Below, in pieces: positions 60,762 to 64,000 of a DNA stretch of 64,000 bases; within the stretch, counting starts at the first letter, position 1; the number at the start of each line of letters is the position of its first letter. Below the pieces are notes generated by a model. It searched no databases. It saw only the letters and a list, made by a program, of their open reading frames with translations, and was not told the DNA's origin. The position numbers were made by a program, and so were the translations under genes. This DNA is from Nitrospinota bacterium (lineage in GTDB: Bacteria > Nitrospinota > Nitrospinia > Nitrospinales > VA-1). The stretch spans positions 3,499 through 67,498 of the forward strand of contig DUZG01000001.1 of the NCBI GenBank assembly GCA_013349585.1, given 5' to 3'.

Positions 60762-62558
60762 TTAATGCCCTTCAAAATTAAAGCCTGAGTTTTTATTTTG
60801 GTTTCCAGTCTTGGAGTCTAGCATAAAGCGGTAAAGGAGAAACCCGTTTTTTGAGGAGAGTTGTTCCCCATGCAGGTTTAGAAAGTTTTTAAATATTGCT
60901 CTTTCACCTATTGTCAGTGCGGAATTTTTTCCAAATACGTAATTAAAGTTGAACAGGGCATGGTTAATGCCTCGGGTCTGCAGTCGATTTGCTATGTCGG
61001 CCGCATAGACTCCTTTGTCAATAACTTCAGTCAAGGTCTGGGCAAAAGCATCGTTATAGAAAGGTTGATTCATTAAGTATCCCAGGTTTTTCATGTCAAT
61101 CAGCATGACCCTGTCTTTTTCCGTCAATATTTTATTGGCGTCCTGATAGGCAGGGTAAGCCCTGATTTGCCGTGTTAAAAATTGTTCTCGATTTTCCTTG
61201 TTGAGAAGGTAAGAAAGCGGCTCAATGCGAAACCATTCCTTCATTATTAAGGAAGTATTGAAAAACAAACCAAGAGCCAGAACCGTTGTTAAAAAAAACT
61301 TTTCGCTTTTCCCAGTACCGTTTTGCTGGAATAGTTGTTTGAGTCCACTGACCATTAGCACCGAAAGGAAAGCAAATGCAGGTGCAAGAAGGCTAATGGT
61401 TTGCGTCTGGACAAACCAGAAGACCAGCAGCACCAAAAATACAATAACTACAGGGTGAGACTCGCGACGCAAACCCAAAAGAGCAGGCAATAGCAATAAA
61501 TAAAGGATGCCAATTTGACCATTGAATGGGAAGGAATGCAGTTCGCTGAAAATGGTCAGGTTGATGGGGAAGGACAAAGAATCTATAAAAAATAGCGGAT
61601 TGCCGGTAAAAAAATAATTTCTCGCCAGCCAGGGAGAAAGCATCAGCAAAGAACCCAGTATTAGCAAAAAGCACTGGCCTGCCGTCTGGCTCGTTTTTTT
61701 ATGACTACGACCGTGAATAGCGAGCCCTAAGAATGCCAGGGGCAGAATGATGATAGTAGTAAGTTGGGTCGCCACCGCGGCACCGGCAAACAGAGTCATT
61801 AAAAAGAACCAGGCCGGTTGTTTTCGTGTGCATCCGTTTTCCCATGAATAAAAAGCCAGAAAAACATAGGCCGCTGCTTGTAGATCGACATAAGCAGAAG
61901 AGGCCACACTGAAAAAAGTAGGAGTTGAAATAAAAATTAGCGGGGTCAGCCACGCATAACTTTTGCCAACTTTTTTTCTGGAGTATTGCCAGAGAGCGAA
62001 TAAAAGCAGAAAGGCAACTCCTAATCCGGTGAGCTGTGCCAGCGAATCGGAACCCAGGGCCAAAGCAAAAAGGTAAAGCATTTCTATTTGCTGAGGGAAA
62101 AAGGAATAGATGTTGTTGGGCAGATTAACCAATTCCCCAGCTTGCAGGAAAGCTTTCGGGACGGCTAGATGATAGACTAAAGCATCGGTTGCAAACGCAG
62201 GAGCCAGGGCCAGCCCTATAGAAAGAAAAACGAGGAGCCCCAGAAACGACTGCGCCATATTTTTTAATCCGTCATCCTCCATAGGTTGCTGGCTACTGAA
62301 AATATTCAAGACCTGCTTCAGGTGTAGTAAATTTTTCCAGCCGACGAGTAAAAAAACTCCAAGAATAACCCAGCAGACCGTAGAGCTTATGCCGCCAGAA
62401 AAAGCCAAGGCTGTAATAATGGCTGAGATTAGAATGGAGCCTAGCGCGGTGGAAAACAAAAATGCTTCGCCGGGTCCGGAGAATTTTAGTTTGCTTGTGA
62501 GGATCTGGCCGGAATTATTGAAAGCCAGAAAAATTAGGAGAAAAAGTATGAAATCCAT
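60762..62558 (-). CDS. ArnT/PMT-like (GT-C) polytopic membrane protein
   Basis: TDALVYHLAVPK, FPQQIEMLY, AYVDL, PWLARNYFFTGNP; soluble C-terminal domain. Confidence 0.75.
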   Translation of the reverse strand: MDFILFLLIFLAFNNSGQILTSKLKFSGPGEAFLFSTALGSILISAIITALAFSGGISSTVCWVILGVFLLVGWKNLLHLKQVLNIFSSQQPMEDDGLKNMAQSFLGLLVFLSIGLALAPAFATDALVYHLAVPKAFLQAGELVNLPNNIYSFFPQQIEMLYLFALALGSDSLAQLTGLGVAFLLLFALWQYSRKKVGKSYAWLTPLIFISTPTFFSVASSAYVDLQAAAYVFLAFYSWENGCTRKQPAWFFLMTLFAGAAVATQLTTIIILPLAFLGLAIHGRSHKKTSQTAGQCFLLILGSLLMLSPWLARNYFFTGNPLFFIDSLSFPINLTIFSELHSFPFNGQIGILYLLLLPALLGLRRESHPVVIVFLVLLVFWFVQTQTISLLAPAFAFLSVLMVSGLKQLFQQNGTGKSEKFFLTTVLALGLFFNTSLIMKEWFRIEPLSYLLNKENREQFLTRQIRAYPAYQDANKILTEKDRVMLIDMKNLGYLMNQPFYNDAFAQTLTEVIDKGVYAADIANRLQTRGINHALFNFNYVFGKNSALTIGERAIFKNFLNLHGEQLSSKNGFLLYRFMLDSKTGNQNKNSGFNFEGH

Positions 62559-62635
62559 CAGCGGGAATTCAAAAATGCAGTTCTAGATGAGTTAGCCAGA
62601 CTTAACAAAAGAAGAAACGTGATGGTAAATAGATT

Positions 62636-63802
62636 TTAGTTTGCAACTCCACTGGTTTCCTTGTTTGTAAATAACGAAAACTCTTCACTGGCTTCTTTGT
62701 AATCATCGAACCAAGCGGCATCCGGATTTCTATAGAAGGCCAAAAAGCGAGCGTTATCTTCCTCGTTTGCTGCACGTGCATATTTGAAGAAAATTTGATC
62801 TTCAGTCATTCCCACCACTTCTATTTTTCCCGACTCATGGGACATGACAAGACGAGCCCTTTTAGCAAGGCCGGAACAACGTATTCGTGCCTTTTCAAAA
62901 ATTTCATAACCCTTTTCAATGGGAATAGAATAGGTCTCGTTACCGAGAGTCGGGCGACACAAAAATACATAGTATGGCGGAACACCTATGAAAGAAAGTT
63001 TGGAGAATAGTTCGGCCAGCACATCGGGATCGTCGTTGACTCCTTTTACCATAGGTGTCTGGTTGACCAGTGAGACTCCCGCATCCATCAAAGCGTTGAG
63101 TCCCTCAATCGCCTGCGGCGTAAGTTCCCGTGGATGATTGAAATGCGCCATGACGTAGATTTTCTTTTCGCTGGTGCTGTATTTGCGGAACATTTCAAGC
63201 AAAGACGGATCGTTTAAGATACGAAACGGATTAAAGGCCGGAACCTTGGTGCCTATACGAATGATCTTCACATGATCAATTTCGCGGAACTGTTTGATAA
63301 TTGGTTCCAGTTTGCTGGTGGAAAGGATCAAAGGATCACCGCCCGTTAGCAAAACATTATTGATTTCCTTGTTATTTTTTATGTACTCCAAACCTGCGCT
63401 AATATCTTTGGTGACTTCATCATTCTCGTTCATAAACAGCCGTTTACGAAAACAGAAGCGACAATAAGCAGCACAGACTTCATTGACCAGCAATAATGCA
63501 GTCGAGGTATATTTATGCTCTAAACCGTGGACTTTTGTGTATTTTTCTTCATTAGAAGCATCAAGTTCACCCCATTCATTTAACTCTTCGACATCGGGCA
63601 TAATAATGCGCTTAATGGGGTCGTTTGGGTCGTCCCAATCGATCAGAGACTGATAATAGTCATTGGTGCGGAAAACAAACTTATCATTCACTTTCTGCAT
63701 ATCCTCACGTTCTGAATCGGACAATTGAGGAATCTGCTCAAGTTTCGTTAGATATTTGATTTTTTTAAATTGTGAACTGAGGTGTTTGAGTAAAGCATTC
63801 AT
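62636..63802 (-). CDS. KamA family radical SAM aminomutase-like protein
   Basis: GLEHKY, CAAYCRFCFRKR, VLLTGGDPL, HFNHPRE, GVNDDP, PYYVF; SD GGAGG. Confidence 0.92.
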   Translation of the reverse strand: MNALLKHLSSQFKKIKYLTKLEQIPQLSDSEREDMQKVNDKFVFRTNDYYQSLIDWDDPNDPIKRIIMPDVEELNEWGELDASNEEKYTKVHGLEHKYTSTALLLVNEVCAAYCRFCFRKRLFMNENDEVTKDISAGLEYIKNNKEINNVLLTGGDPLILSTSKLEPIIKQFREIDHVKIIRIGTKVPAFNPFRILNDPSLLEMFRKYSTSEKKIYVMAHFNHPRELTPQAIEGLNALMDAGVSLVNQTPMVKGVNDDPDVLAELFSKLSFIGVPPYYVFLCRPTLGNETYSIPIEKGYEIFEKARIRCSGLAKRARLVMSHESGKIEVVGMTEDQIFFKYARAANEEDNARFLAFYRNPDAAWFDDYKEASEEFSLFTNKETSGVAN

Positions 63803-64000
63803 CGATCCACCTCCCTATAAAAGAGTTAACATTATGTTTTTCATTGAGTTCCTCCCACATAACCACTCAAACAAGCAAAACAAATCGCCTTCCTCAAAAT
63901 AGAGAAAAAATAGAACATTAAATTCTTTGGAGGGGATTGTAAGTACAAGGCTTACTACTAACATTAGCCTTGTAGAATGTGGACTCAAACTTATATTCAA

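Noticed and set aside
61540..61625. Possible in-frame deletion after TGNP in the GT-C-like gene
   Set aside because: Only an impression of a short loop; cannot be supported without an ortholog alignment.
362..63010. Numerous short ORFs antisense to or nested in the called genes
   Set aside because: Shadow ORFs with no motifs, fully overlapping well-supported CDSs.
63815..64000. 61-aa minus-strand ORF at the window edge
   Set aside because: No recognisable features, low complexity; probably spurious or leader sequence.

Overview
AT-rich bacterial chromosomal window. Gene content (class II RNR NrdJ, futalosine-pathway MqnC, NirK, MoeA/MobBA, HpnA, alginate-export-type porin) suggests a Nitrospina/Nitrospinota-like organism; this is inference, not a database result. 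Housekeeping blocks (nrdJ; pdxA-rsmA-cobA/hemD-parvulin-VOC-mqnC; pckA; prfB with its programmed +1 frameshift; moeA-mobBA; nirK; PPIases; KamA-like) surround a ~21 kb cell-surface glycosylation region (about 20-41.3 kb). That region is built on ArnT/PMT-like (GT-C) membrane glycosyltransferases, DPM1-like GT2 enzymes, DUF2304, a UPF0104 flippase-like protein, GT4s, methyltransferases and a B12 radical SAM enzyme; two more GT-C-like genes lie at 54.6 kb and 60.8 kb. About nine decayed genes or remnants are present, four of them absent from the ORF track: a tyrosine recombinase with 5 in-frame stops, a methyltransferase remnant, a duplicate cNMP-domain gene, and a second copy of a TgpA C-terminus. 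Non-coding signals include a sigma54 promoter, a REP-like palindrome family, a 28-bp tandem repeat in the porin leader, paired motifs bracketing a cassette-like pseudogene, and a multi-hairpin segment after nrdJ. No rRNA, tRNA or CRISPR array was seen.
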